DNA of 64,000 bases, taken from NCBI GenBank assembly GCA_900770345.1, contig CAAGKF010000073.1:529-64528 (forward strand), in the 5' to 3' direction. Below, piece by piece: positions 17,440-27,373 of the stretch. The notes beneath the pieces are model-generated. The model did not search any database. It had not been told where the DNA came from and saw only the letters and a program-made list of their open reading frames with translations. A program made the position numbers and the translations under genes. This stretch comes from Lachnospiraceae bacterium. Its GTDB lineage: Bacteria > Bacillota > Clostridia > Lachnospirales > Lachnospiraceae. Numbering within the stretch: position 1 is the stretch's first letter; the number at the start of each line of letters is the position of its first letter.

Positions 17440-17808
17440 TTATTTTCTCTCCGGCACGATCTCGATCCAGTATCCGTCAGGGTCGCTGATAAAGTAAATC
17501 CCCATACCCGGATTCTCATAGCAGACACAGCCCATTTCCTGATGCTTCTTGTGCAGAGCATCAAAATCATCTACATGAAACGCCAGGTGGAATTCACATT
17601 CACCCAGGTTATACGGCTCCGTTCTGTCGCGCAGCCAGGTAAGCTCCAGTGTAAAACCGGTCACTCCGTCGCCCAGATATACCAGCTTAAAAGAACCGTC
17701 AGAAGCATCCTTCTCACGCACCGGCTCCAGACCCAGGGCATCCTTGTAGAACTTCAGACTCTTTTCCAGATCAAGCACATTAAAATTAAAATGATTAAAT
17801 GTAATCAC
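17440..17808 (-). CDS. VOC/glyoxalase family protein (lactoylglutathione lyase-like)
   Basis: NHFNFNVLDLEKSLKFY, LELTW, HLAFHVDD, FISDPDGYWIE; GTG start. Confidence 0.88.
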   Translation of the reverse strand: MITFNHFNFNVLDLEKSLKFYKDALGLEPVREKDASDGSFKLVYLGDGVTGFTLELTWLRDRTEPYNLGECEFHLAFHVDDFDALHKKHQEMGCVCYENPGMGIYFISDPDGYWIEIVPERK

Positions 17809-17843
17809 GTCTTATTCTCCTTTTATATTACCCTCAGCTGCAA

Positions 17844-19133
17844 TCATTTTTTCGGGATCAGAACCTCTGTGCCGCCCATGTAAGGACGCAGAACCTCCGG
17901 GATCCTTACGCTTCCGTCTGCCTGCAGATTGTTCTCAAGGAAAGCGATCAGCATACGCGGCGGAGCAACTACGGTGTTGTTCAGTGTATGAGCCAGATAT
18001 TTGCTTCCGTCCTCGCCCTGAACGCGGATCTTTAAGCGGCGGGCCTGCGCATCTCCCAGATTGGAGCAGCTTCCCACCTCAAAATACTTCTTCTGTCTCG
18101 GAGACCATGCCTCAACGTCACAGGACTTCACTTTCAGGTCTGCTAGATCACCGGAGCAGCACTCCAGAGTGCGGACCGGAATATCCATGGAACGGAACAG
18201 ATCAACGGTGTTCTGCCACAGCTTGTCATACCACATGGGACTCTCTTCCGGCTTGCAGACAACGATCATCTCCTGCTTTTCAAACTGATGGATACGGTAT
18301 ACGCCTCTCTCCTCGATGCCGTGAGCACCCTTCTCCTTGCGGAAGCACGGAGAATAGCTGGTCAGTGTCTGAGGAAGCTGTGCCTCCGGTGTAATCGTAT
18401 CAATAAATTTACCGATCATGGAATGCTCGCTGGTACCGATCAGATACAGATCCTCTCCTTCGATCTTGTACATCATGGCATCCATCTCAGCAAAGCTCAT
18501 AACGCCTGTAACAACATTGCTGCGGATCATGAAAGGCGGAACGCAGTAAGTAAAGCCGCGGCCTATCATAAAATCTCTTGCATAGGCGATCACTGCGGAA
18601 TGAAGTCTGGCAATATCACCCATCAGATAGTAAAAGCCATTTCCCGCTACTCTTCTGGCAGCCTCCAGATCAATGCCGTTGAAACGCTCCATAATATCGG
18701 TATGATACGGGATCTCAAAATCAGGCACTGCCGGCTCGCCGAAACGTTCAATCTCAACATTCTCGCTGTCATCCTTGCCGATGGGCACGCTGGGATCGAT
18801 GATATTTGGAATAGTCATCATGATCTTTAAGATTTTTTCAGACAGCTGTCCCTCTTTCTCTTCCAGTTCAGCCAGTCTTGCGGAATTGGCGCTTACCTGC
18901 TTTTTAACCTCTTCTGCCTCTTCCTTCTTTCCCTGTCCCATCAGCTTTCCGATCTCCTTGGAAAGCTTGTTGCGGCTGGCACGCAGATCATCGGCTTCCT
19001 TCTGGGTTGCGCGGCTCTCCGCGTCAAGAGCGATCACTTCGTCAACCAGCGGCAGCTTGCTGTCCTGGAATTTATTCTTAATATTCTGCTTGACAATATC
19101 CGGATTTTCTCTTACAAACTTTAAATCTAACAT
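17844..19133 (-). CDS. serS: Serine--tRNA ligase
   Basis: MLDLKFVREN, LIGTSEH, FRKEKG, HQFEKQE, EVGSCSN, HTLNNT; ATG 19133 with AGGAGG RBS. Confidence 0.97.
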   Translation of the reverse strand: MLDLKFVRENPDIVKQNIKNKFQDSKLPLVDEVIALDAESRATQKEADDLRASRNKLSKEIGKLMGQGKKEEAEEVKKQVSANSARLAELEEKEGQLSEKILKIMMTIPNIIDPSVPIGKDDSENVEIERFGEPAVPDFEIPYHTDIMERFNGIDLEAARRVAGNGFYYLMGDIARLHSAVIAYARDFMIGRGFTYCVPPFMIRSNVVTGVMSFAEMDAMMYKIEGEDLYLIGTSEHSMIGKFIDTITPEAQLPQTLTSYSPCFRKEKGAHGIEERGVYRIHQFEKQEMIVVCKPEESPMWYDKLWQNTVDLFRSMDIPVRTLECCSGDLADLKVKSCDVEAWSPRQKKYFEVGSCSNLGDAQARRLKIRVQGEDGSKYLAHTLNNTVVAPPRMLIAFLENNLQADGSVRIPEVLRPYMGGTEVLIPKK

Positions 19134-19285
19134 GATATTCCTCCTGGGTTTCCTTTCTTCTTCCGTCCCCTCTGTCAGGGACAAATATGGATACTGTTAA
19201 AGAGTATATACCATTTTTCCCGGAAAGAAAAGACTTTTTTGCTTTTTCTTTGCTGCTCCCCCTTTGGCCGGCAGGGTATTTTCCG

Positions 19286-20173
19286 CTATATTTTTTCTAA
19301 CTCAGCCAGAACTTTTTTCAATTCCTCTTTTCCCTGGTCATTGACGGGCTTCACAGGCAGAATGGGATCTCCCACCTCAAATCCCTGTATTTCCAGGCAG
19401 GCCTTGATGCAGGAAGCCAGATTATATTTCTGAAACACCCGATTGATATCCCAGAGCTTTCCCTGATACGTCAAAGCTTCCTCCCATTTTCCGTCCCTGC
19501 ACAGCTGGTACAGGTGTACACTCTGACGCGGTATCACACAGGCGGGACCGGCCATCCATCCCACCCCTCCCAGCATCATCACAAAAACAGGAATGTGAGC
19601 CGAAGCGCTGAAGATTTTCAGCCTGTCTCCCAGACGCCGCCGGATTGAAAGCAAATTACCGGTAACTCCCGTAGCATCTTTATAATATTGGATGTTAGGC
19701 TCCAGACAAAGCGACTCCAATGTATCAATTCCCAGATCAAATTTCATATATTTGGGATTATTATACAATACGACAGGGCAATTTACGCTGCGGGCTACGC
19801 TTCTGTAATAGTCCTCCACCTCTCCGGGCTTCACAGGGAAGTACACATTAAGAATGCTTAAAATTCCGTCCGCTCCCATGGCTTCCAGCTCTTTTGCCTG
19901 ACTGCATGCCTCCAGAGTATTAGAGGAGGCTACTCCGGCCACCACAGGAACCCGGCCTCTGTTTTCGTCCAGAACGATTTCAACGATCCTCTTTTTCTGT
20001 TCCCAGGTCAGATAATAAAATTCTCCCGTGCTGCCTAACGGTGTCAGACCCTGAACCCCGCAGCTAATCAGATGTGAAACCAGCCTGCGCAGAGGCTTTT
20101 CCAGCACTTCTCCGTCTTTTCCAACCGGCGAGACAATATACGGATAAATTCCTTCAAATGTCTTTTCTCCCAT
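19286..20173 (-). CDS. Dihydrodipicolinate synthase (DapA/NAL) family aldolase, substrate unknown
   Basis: LGSTGEF, VLYNNP, YYKDATG (Schiff-base Lys). Confidence 0.85.
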   Translation of the reverse strand: MGEKTFEGIYPYIVSPVGKDGEVLEKPLRRLVSHLISCGVQGLTPLGSTGEFYYLTWEQKKRIVEIVLDENRGRVPVVAGVASSNTLEACSQAKELEAMGADGILSILNVYFPVKPGEVEDYYRSVARSVNCPVVLYNNPKYMKFDLGIDTLESLCLEPNIQYYKDATGVTGNLLSIRRRLGDRLKIFSASAHIPVFVMMLGGVGWMAGPACVIPRQSVHLYQLCRDGKWEEALTYQGKLWDINRVFQKYNLASCIKACLEIQGFEVGDPILPVKPVNDQGKEELKKVLAELEKI

Positions 20174-20234
20174 ATCTTTCCCTCTTAATGCAGTTATTCT
20201 TCTAAAGTTATCTTCTGCAGTTATTTTTCTGTAT

Positions 20235-21086
20235 TTATTCTTCCCTCTTCACCGCGTTCATCAGCCTGCCCAGCAATTCCTCAAAGCAGACACCGTTCTG
20301 AACAGGAATATTCCGTTCTTCCGTTCTGGCAATGCACTCCTTTACAAAGGAGGCAGCCAGACCTACCGCATCCTTAAGCTCCCAGCCGCGGACGGCTCCG
20401 CCGGCCACAACAGAGGAAAACACATCTCCTGTTCCGGGCCGTTCCCTGCCCACACGCCTGCGTCTCAAAAGAACGATATCCTTTCCCTTCTCCGCTACCG
20501 CATTCACCAGATAAGAGCCCTGAGATATGCCCGTGATCACAACAGCCTCCGGTCCCAGGCGGTGGATCTCTTCCGCAAGCTCAGCCAGTTTTTCCCTGCT
20601 CCAGCCCTCCTTCCGATAGGGACGCCCGGTCAGGATACAGGCTTCCGTCAGATTGGGAGTGACAATATCCCCCAGAGACACCAGCTCCTTCATCCGGCTG
20701 CACATGGCATCCGTATAGGTGGCATAGGTCTTTCCGTGGTCCCCCATAATAGGGTCGATAATGACCTTCGTCTCCGGTGTTTTAAACTCCCGGATCATGT
20801 TCATAACGATCTCGATCTGCTTTTCCGACCCCAGAAACCCGGTAATGATACCGTCAAAGGTCAGCTTCAGCTCCCTCCATTTTTCAAGATAAGACGGCAT
20901 CTTATCCGTATAATCATCAAAAAAGAACACCGGAAATCCCGTGTGGTTGGACAGGATGGCGGTAGGAACCGGACAGCACTGCAGTTTCATGGCAGACAGG
21001 ATGGGAAGCGCCACTGTCAGCGAACAGCGTCCGTATCCCGACAGATCATTGATCATGGCAATTTTTTTCTGATGGTACTGTGACAT
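20235..21086 (-). CDS. pdxK: Pyridoxal/pyridoxamine kinase
   Basis: NDLSGYGRCSL, LSNHTG, DPIMGDHG, TPNLTEA, GTGDVF. Confidence 0.85.
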   Translation of the reverse strand: MSQYHQKKIAMINDLSGYGRCSLTVALPILSAMKLQCCPVPTAILSNHTGFPVFFFDDYTDKMPSYLEKWRELKLTFDGIITGFLGSEKQIEIVMNMIREFKTPETKVIIDPIMGDHGKTYATYTDAMCSRMKELVSLGDIVTPNLTEACILTGRPYRKEGWSREKLAELAEEIHRLGPEAVVITGISQGSYLVNAVAEKGKDIVLLRRRRVGRERPGTGDVFSSVVAGGAVRGWELKDAVGLAASFVKECIARTEERNIPVQNGVCFEELLGRLMNAVKREE

Positions 21087-21133
21087 TATCATTCTCCTTC
21101 TCCGGTTTGAATATTTTCAGACAGTCCGGTTTG

Positions 21134-21784
21134 TCAGTCGTGGGATTCCACAACGATCAGCACTCCGTCCTCAAACGTAATGACACCCTCTTCCTCAATA
21201 AGTTCATTGCTGATACAAAGGCTGGTGCCGATCTCAATATCCCTGTCTGTCAGAGGATATTTGAAGCCTTTCAACGTAATGCCCTTCACCTCCTGGGTAA
21301 GGGGCAGAAAGGAGATGTATTTCCCCCACATCTTTTTTGCAGGGAAATGATATTCTCCGTCGATCATGTACAGACGGTTCTGAGGATCCACAATGGCTGC
21401 ATGAACCCCTTTCTGCAGACACGGATACAGGAGATGAATATTTCCCAGCATATGATCCAGACGTCCTCCGGTAGCTCCCAGGATCACGATCCTGCCGCAG
21501 CCGCAGGCAAGAGCCCTTTTTATAGCCAGCTCCGTATCTGTATCATCCTTTTCCGGCTGATGGACCTCCCAGATAATATGCTCCTTCCGGCGGTAATAAG
21601 CCACCAGCTCCGGCTTTGCGGTATCAAAATCTCCTACTATGATATCCGGCTCCAGCTTCAGGGACCTGGCCGCCTCAAGACCTCCGTCCACTGCAATAAT
21701 CCGGTCAAATTTCTCACCTGCAATATAAGAACCGGCGAACTTAAGATCGATTGTTCCGCCGGTTATAATCAGACATGCTTTCAT
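21134..21784 (-). CDS. thiN: Thiamine diphosphokinase
   Basis: AVDGG, VGDFDT, EKDDTDTELA, GGRLDHMLGN, CISNE; follows rpe; start MKACLI. Confidence 0.92.
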   Translation of the reverse strand: MKACLIITGGTIDLKFAGSYIAGEKFDRIIAVDGGLEAARSLKLEPDIIVGDFDTAKPELVAYYRRKEHIIWEVHQPEKDDTDTELAIKRALACGCGRIVILGATGGRLDHMLGNIHLLYPCLQKGVHAAIVDPQNRLYMIDGEYHFPAKKMWGKYISFLPLTQEVKGITLKGFKYPLTDRDIEIGTSLCISNELIEEEGVITFEDGVLIVVESHD

Positions 21785-21788
21785 GTAC

Positions 21789-22469
21789 TCACCTCTTTGG
21801 CGTTTCTGCCTCCCAGGCTTCAAAGGCCTGCATAAATTCCCTTGTGCGGGCAGCCGGATCCGTACCGAATACAGCGGAGCCTGCTACAAATACATTGGCT
21901 CCCGCATCCCGCATTTCCTTTACATTGGCAATGGAAACACCGCCGTCCACCTGGATATCCAGGGAAAGTCCCCTCTCATCTGCCATTTTCCGGAGGGCCT
22001 TCACCTTGTCCACCGTATAGGGAATCAGCTTCTGGCCGCCAAAGCCGGGATTTACTGTCATAATCAGGGCCATATCCAGCTGACCCAGGATGCATTCCAG
22101 CACAGACACCGGAGTTGCGGGATTGAGCGCCACACCGGCCCGGCAGCCCGCCTCTTTTATCTGATTTACTACCCGGTCAAGATGAGTACAGGCCTCCGCA
22201 TGGACTGTAATAATATCCGCTCCGCATTTTCTGATATCCTCGATGTAGCGTCCTGGTTCTTCCACCATCATATGAACATCAAATACCCGGTCCGTACAGG
22301 CTCTCAGGCTTTTTATAAGCGGCATCCCGAAGGAAATGCTGGGCACAAAGCATCCGTCCATCACATCCAGATGAACATACTCCGCTCCCGCATCTGAAAT
22401 TTCTCTTAACTGCTGTCCCAGCCTGCCGAAATCAGCAGCCAGAACAGACGGCGCCAGCTTGTAATACAT
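21789..22469 (-). CDS. rpe: Ribulose-phosphate 3-epimerase
   Basis: HLDVMDGCFVP, DVHMM, MTVNPGFGGQ, QVDGG. Confidence 0.96.
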   Translation of the reverse strand: MYYKLAPSVLAADFGRLGQQLREISDAGAEYVHLDVMDGCFVPSISFGMPLIKSLRACTDRVFDVHMMVEEPGRYIEDIRKCGADIITVHAEACTHLDRVVNQIKEAGCRAGVALNPATPVSVLECILGQLDMALIMTVNPGFGGQKLIPYTVDKVKALRKMADERGLSLDIQVDGGVSIANVKEMRDAGANVFVAGSAVFGTDPAARTREFMQAFEAWEAETPKR

Positions 22470-22470
22470 A

Positions 22471-23349
22471 TCAATATCTCCTTTTGTTCTTCAGTTCTTC
22501 ATAAATCAGACGATAATTGTCATAACGGCTGCGGCTGATCTCGCCCCGTTCCAGAGCCGCTTTCACACCGCACACCTTCTCTCCCACATGAACACAGCCC
22601 AGAAATCTGCACTCTTCCTCATAAGGCGCAAACTCCGGGAAATAATCCTTCAGATCTCCGGCCTCCATTTCCGGTGTAAACATGGAGCTGAAGCCCGGCG
22701 TATCCATCATGTAGGTGTTCTCCTCCACCAGAAACAGCTCTGAATGGCGGGTGGTATGCTTTCCTCTCTCAATCTTTCTGCTGATGTCGCCGGTCTCCAT
22801 GGCTGCCCCTGGCTGAATGCAGTTTGTCAAAGAAGATTTGCCCACGCCGGAGGGTCCGGCCAGAACCGTGGTCTTTCCCCGCAGAAGCTCCTTCACTTCA
22901 GTAACGCCCGTATCCTCATAGGTACTGATAAACATGACGCGGTACCCTGCCTTCTCATAGGTCAGGCGATATTTTTCCTTCATCGCCTCATCTCCCAGCT
23001 CTGTTTTATTAAAACAGATGATCACCGGCACCTCCTGCAGCTCCATCATCACCAGAAAACGGTCCAGCAGGTTCAGATTGGGATCCGGATGCGTCAGCGC
23101 AAACACCACCAGCGCCTGATCCACATTGGCCACAGCCGGGCGTATCAGCGCATTGCGCCGGGGAAGGATGACGTCGATGCTGCCTTCCGCCCCATCTTCA
23201 TCCAGAACAGTGAACTCCACATCATCTCCCACCAGGGGCTTTATCTTCCTGTTGCGGAACACTCCCTTTGCCTTACACTCATACACGCGGCTGCTGCCGT
23301 CATTCACATAATAAAAACCTGCTATACCTTTGATTATCTTTCCTGTCAT
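22471..23349 (-). CDS. rsgA: Ribosome small subunit-dependent GTPase A
   Basis: GPSGVGKSS, RGKHTTR, DTPGF, C-terminal Zn site CRFLGCVH..C. Confidence 0.96.
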   Translation of the reverse strand: MTGKIIKGIAGFYYVNDGSSRVYECKAKGVFRNRKIKPLVGDDVEFTVLDEDGAEGSIDVILPRRNALIRPAVANVDQALVVFALTHPDPNLNLLDRFLVMMELQEVPVIICFNKTELGDEAMKEKYRLTYEKAGYRVMFISTYEDTGVTEVKELLRGKTTVLAGPSGVGKSSLTNCIQPGAAMETGDISRKIERGKHTTRHSELFLVEENTYMMDTPGFSSMFTPEMEAGDLKDYFPEFAPYEEECRFLGCVHVGEKVCGVKAALERGEISRSRYDNYRLIYEELKNKRRY

Positions 23350-23358
23350 ATGCTCCTC

Positions 23359-25551
23359 TTATCCTACCGGGAAAAATGTAACGGGATAGGATGCGATCAC
23401 CTTCAGATTATCCGCATCCACCACTTCCACCGTTCCGCTGTCCACACCGTAGGCGCCCTTGATCCTCGGGATCACCACCGGCACATCCTGGGCTCCCACT
23501 ACCAGGCGGGCGCTCATAAGAGTGGTGTATACATCCTTGTCATCAATGGTCTGCTTTAAGCGCACCATGACGCGGACACTGCTGGTCTGGGAAGCAGGCC
23601 CGATATAATTGCTCAGGGAGCATGTTGTGTCAATAGAACTGATATAGTATTCTCCCTCCCCCGCTGTCTGGGTCTGAGCGCTGTTTCCGCTGATCACATA
23701 ATCCACCGCGGACTGGGGCGCCAGCATGCTGCCCGGTTCCGCTGACTGCCTGATGATCTGCCCCTCCGGCACTGTTTCGCTTGTTTCGTAGCTTATATTT
23801 CCGGCTGTCAGTCCGGCTGCCGCCAGAAGAGCGTCTGCCGCAGCCTTATCCCTGCCGCGCAGATCCGGAACCTTGCCCGTTATATTGGCCGGGCCGCTGC
23901 TGACTGTCAGCTCTACCGTTTCTCCCACTCTTGCTATCTGAGGACTGAATCGGATCACTTTTCCTTTGACTGCCGTATCGCTGAACTCTTCCTTTACATC
24001 CACCGTAAAATTTTCTTTCAGTAAAGCCTCAGCCTCTTCTCTTGTCATCTGCAGCAGATTCAGTGCCTGAAGATCGATGCGGTCACTTCCCTTGCTGACA
24101 GTTACATCCACAGTGCTCCATTTGTCCACAGCAGTTCCTTCCGCCGTGGCCTGAGCCATTACCTGGCCCGCAGGATAATTCTCCGAATACTCCTCTCCTG
24201 CCACATGCATCACAAGAGCGCTTTCTTTTAATTTTGCCTCGGCCATATCCTGAGGAAGTCCCAGAACTCTGGGCATATATACCTGCTTATCGGAAATAGT
24301 GACCTCCACCTCCGGCGCCGCGTTTTCTACCGCTGCGGCTGTTGTATCCCTGATCTGACTGGCTCCGGCCTTAAACAGCCCTGTAAGTCTGGTAAATACG
24401 AACAGCACCACGATCACCACCACCACAGCGGCAATGATGCCGATGGCTGTGATGATACGCTCAAACTGCGTGCTTACATCACCGCCGTCTTCCGGCCGGC
24501 GGCCGCTCCTGCTTTTAACAGGCAGAGGCTTTTTCTTCGGCCGGCGGCGAAGGGACATCTGTTCCCCTTCCCTCTCCTCCACAGCATCTTTTTCCCCGGA
24601 AAGTCCGCCTCCCTCCGTTTCACGCAGGCTCTTCCTGGCCTCCTGAAGATTGCTCAGCTCTTCCCTGGAAATATGGCGGGTATCTCCCAGATTCTCCTCT
24701 TCCTCCGGTTCCTCCTCATAAATATCACAATCCGGATCCACCAGCACACGGCGCAGATCGGCGATCACCTCATTCATGGAAGAATATCGGCTGTCCGGCC
24801 GTTTCTGTGTACATTTCAATATAATCTGCTCCAGGCCAAAGGAAACCTCGGGATTGTACTCCGCCGGAGGCACCACCGGTTCCTCCAGATGAGCAAGGGC
24901 CACCGCTACCGTATTGTCCCCTTCAAAGGGTACACGGCCCGTTACCATCTCATACATGGTAACACCGAAGGAATAGATATCGCTTCTCTCATCACAATAC
25001 CCGCCTCTGGCCTGTTCCGGTGAGATATAGTGAACAGAGCCTACGGCAGTCGCATTGACTGTCTGGGTGGAGACTGCCCTGGCGATGCCGAAATCAGCCA
25101 CCTTTACCTTACCCTCTCTGGATATGATCATATTCTGAGGCTTGATATCACGATGGATAATGTGCTGCTCATGAGCAGCCGCAATGCCGGAGCCCACCTG
25201 AATGGCAATACCGATGGCCTCCCGGTTTTCCAGATGTCCTTTCTTCTCTATGTAGCTTTTCAGGGTAATGCCCTCGATCAGCTCCATGACAATATAATGG
25301 AGATCTCCCTCATTGACAACATCGTAAACACTTACGATATTGGGATGAGACAGGCTGGCCGCCGACTGGGCCTCCATCTTAAATTTACTGACAAAACTCT
25401 CATCGGAAGCAAATTCTTCCTTCAATACCTTGATAGCTACCAGACGGTTCAGAGTGTGGCACTGAGCCTTATACACCACAGACATACCGCCGGAGCCGAT
25501 GCGTTCCAGTATCTCATATCTGTTCTGAAGGTAGGTTCCCGGATTTAGCAT
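23359..25551 (-). CDS. pknB: PASTA-domain Ser/Thr protein kinase (PrkC/Stk1)
   Basis: IGSGGMSVVY, HRDIKPQN, DFGIA, TM helix, three PASTA-like repeats. Confidence 0.95.
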   Translation of the reverse strand: MLNPGTYLQNRYEILERIGSGGMSVVYKAQCHTLNRLVAIKVLKEEFASDESFVSKFKMEAQSAASLSHPNIVSVYDVVNEGDLHYIVMELIEGITLKSYIEKKGHLENREAIGIAIQVGSGIAAAHEQHIIHRDIKPQNMIISREGKVKVADFGIARAVSTQTVNATAVGSVHYISPEQARGGYCDERSDIYSFGVTMYEMVTGRVPFEGDNTVAVALAHLEEPVVPPAEYNPEVSFGLEQIILKCTQKRPDSRYSSMNEVIADLRRVLVDPDCDIYEEEPEEEENLGDTRHISREELSNLQEARKSLRETEGGGLSGEKDAVEEREGEQMSLRRRPKKKPLPVKSRSGRRPEDGGDVSTQFERIITAIGIIAAVVVVIVVLFVFTRLTGLFKAGASQIRDTTAAAVENAAPEVEVTISDKQVYMPRVLGLPQDMAEAKLKESALVMHVAGEEYSENYPAGQVMAQATAEGTAVDKWSTVDVTVSKGSDRIDLQALNLLQMTREEAEALLKENFTVDVKEEFSDTAVKGKVIRFSPQIARVGETVELTVSSGPANITGKVPDLRGRDKAAADALLAAAGLTAGNISYETSETVPEGQIIRQSAEPGSMLAPQSAVDYVISGNSAQTQTAGEGEYYISSIDTTCSLSNYIGPASQTSSVRVMVRLKQTIDDKDVYTTLMSARLVVGAQDVPVVIPRIKGAYGVDSGTVEVVDADNLKVIASYPVTFFPVG

Positions 25552-26294
25552 GAGCCGACCTCCTTCCCTGCGGATACCAGTACCACGGCAATATTGTCCA
25601 TACCGCCCTGGATGTTGGCCTCACGGATCAGAGCGGTCGCCTTATCCTTCAGGGAACCGTCTCCTGTAACGATGCTGCAGATAGAAGCGTCATCCACCAT
25701 ATTGGTGAGACCGTCGGAACAAAGAAGAATATAATCCCCTTCCTCCACTTCCAGCTCAAAGAAATCCGGCTCCACATCTCTGCCGATGCCCATGGCCCTG
25801 GTAATGATGTTCTTGTGGGCATAATAATCCCTGCTTCCCCGGCTCATCTGTCCCAGAGCGATCATCTCCTCCACGTAGGAATGATCCCGGGTCACCTGCC
25901 GGATATTCCCATGATGGATCAGATAAAGGCGGCTGTCCCCCACGTTTGCCACATAGAGGGTTTCATCCTCGATTACCGCGGCCACCAGCGTGCATCCCAT
26001 TCCCCTTAATTCTGTATTTTTCAGAGACTCCTCATAAAGCCCCGCATTGACCTCTGCAATTCCCTGTTTCAGCTGCCTTACCGGCGAGCCGTCACAGAGA
26101 CGGTTTAAGTAGATCACCAGGTTTTCCACCGCATACCTGGACGCGTAATCTCCGGCCTGATGACCTCCCATTCCATCTGCTACCAGAAACAGATTGGGCA
26201 GTGTTCCTACCTTTTCCGGTGAAGAATAGATGTAGTCCTGATTCATGTACCTGACCCTTCCGGTGTCCGTAAGTGCATATGCTTCCAACCTCAT
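25545..26294 (-). CDS. stp: PP2C-type Ser/Thr phosphatase (Stp1/PrpC)
   Basis: NQD, VADGMGGH, NVGDSR, CSDGL, GGMDN. Confidence 0.95.
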   Translation of the reverse strand: MRLEAYALTDTGRVRYMNQDYIYSSPEKVGTLPNLFLVADGMGGHQAGDYASRYAVENLVIYLNRLCDGSPVRQLKQGIAEVNAGLYEESLKNTELRGMGCTLVAAVIEDETLYVANVGDSRLYLIHHGNIRQVTRDHSYVEEMIALGQMSRGSRDYYAHKNIITRAMGIGRDVEPDFFELEVEEGDYILLCSDGLTNMVDDASICSIVTGDGSLKDKATALIREANIQGGMDNIAVVLVSAGKEVGSC

Positions 26295-27352
26295 CCCTCT
26301 CCTTCCATATAGCTTTTCCTGAGCTGGCCGCAGGCTCCGCCTATATCGCGTCCCATCTCTCTTCTAATTGTAACGGCTATTCCTTTTTTTTCAAGAAGAT
26401 TCTTAAATTGTCCAATGGTCTTTTTTCCCGACTGAACGTAATCCCGCTCCTTGATGGGATTCACCGGGATCAGGTTCACATGGCCGTGCTGATCACCAAT
26501 CAGCTTCGCCAGAGCCGCCGCTTCCTCCAGGTTGTCATTGACTCCCTGTACCAGGCTGTATTCAAAGGTCAGCCTGCGCCCTGTCTTTTCAAAATAATAA
26601 TGGCAGGCATCCAGCACATCCGCCAGCCTGTAGCTGTTGGCGACTGGCATCAGCGTCTTTCTCACCTCATCATTGGGAGCATGGAGCGACAGAGCAAGGG
26701 TTACCTGAAGTCCCTCCTCCGCGAATTTCCGGATGCCGGGCACAATGCCGCAGGTAGACACTGTCAGGTTTCTCTGACTGATATTCAGTCCCTTCTCATG
26801 GGAGATCAGACGCAGAAAGCGCACCACATTGTCATAATTATCCATAGGTTCCCCGGAACCCATAACCACCACATTGGAAACGCGTTCTCCGGTGATGGTC
26901 TGGATCCGGTAGATCTGATCCAGCATTTCGGAGGCTCTTAAGTTCCGTTCCAGTCCGTCCAGCGTGGAAGCGCAGAAGCGGCAGCCCATACGGCAGCCTG
27001 CCTGGGATGAGATGCAGACCGAATTCCCGTGATGATACTGCATCCACACGCTCTCGATAACATTGCCGTCCTCCAGACCAAAAAGGTACTTACGGGTGCC
27101 GTCGATCTGTGAGATCCGCTCTCCCACCACCTTTAAGGCCGTAAGACTGTAGTTTTCCTTCAGTTTTTCCCGCAGCCCCTTTGACAGGCTGCTCATATCC
27201 TCAAAGTCCGTGACCAGTTTCACATGGATCCAGTCGTAAAGCTGCTTTGCCCTGAAAGATTTCTCTCCCAGGGCTGCCATTTCTTCCGTGACCTCTTCCA
27301 GTGTCATGGACTTTATATCTTTTTTTCCGTTATGGTCTGTTAAATCCAACAT
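26291..27352 (-). CDS. rlmN: 23S rRNA m2A2503 methyltransferase (radical SAM)
   Basis: CRMGCRFC, MGSGEP, GACGQL. Confidence 0.96.
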   Translation of the reverse strand: MLDLTDHNGKKDIKSMTLEEVTEEMAALGEKSFRAKQLYDWIHVKLVTDFEDMSSLSKGLREKLKENYSLTALKVVGERISQIDGTRKYLFGLEDGNVIESVWMQYHHGNSVCISSQAGCRMGCRFCASTLDGLERNLRASEMLDQIYRIQTITGERVSNVVVMGSGEPMDNYDNVVRFLRLISHEKGLNISQRNLTVSTCGIVPGIRKFAEEGLQVTLALSLHAPNDEVRKTLMPVANSYRLADVLDACHYYFEKTGRRLTFEYSLVQGVNDNLEEAAALAKLIGDQHGHVNLIPVNPIKERDYVQSGKKTIGQFKNLLEKKGIAVTIRREMGRDIGGACGQLRKSYMEGEG

Positions 27353-27373
27353 AAAGGCATTGCTCCCTTATTT

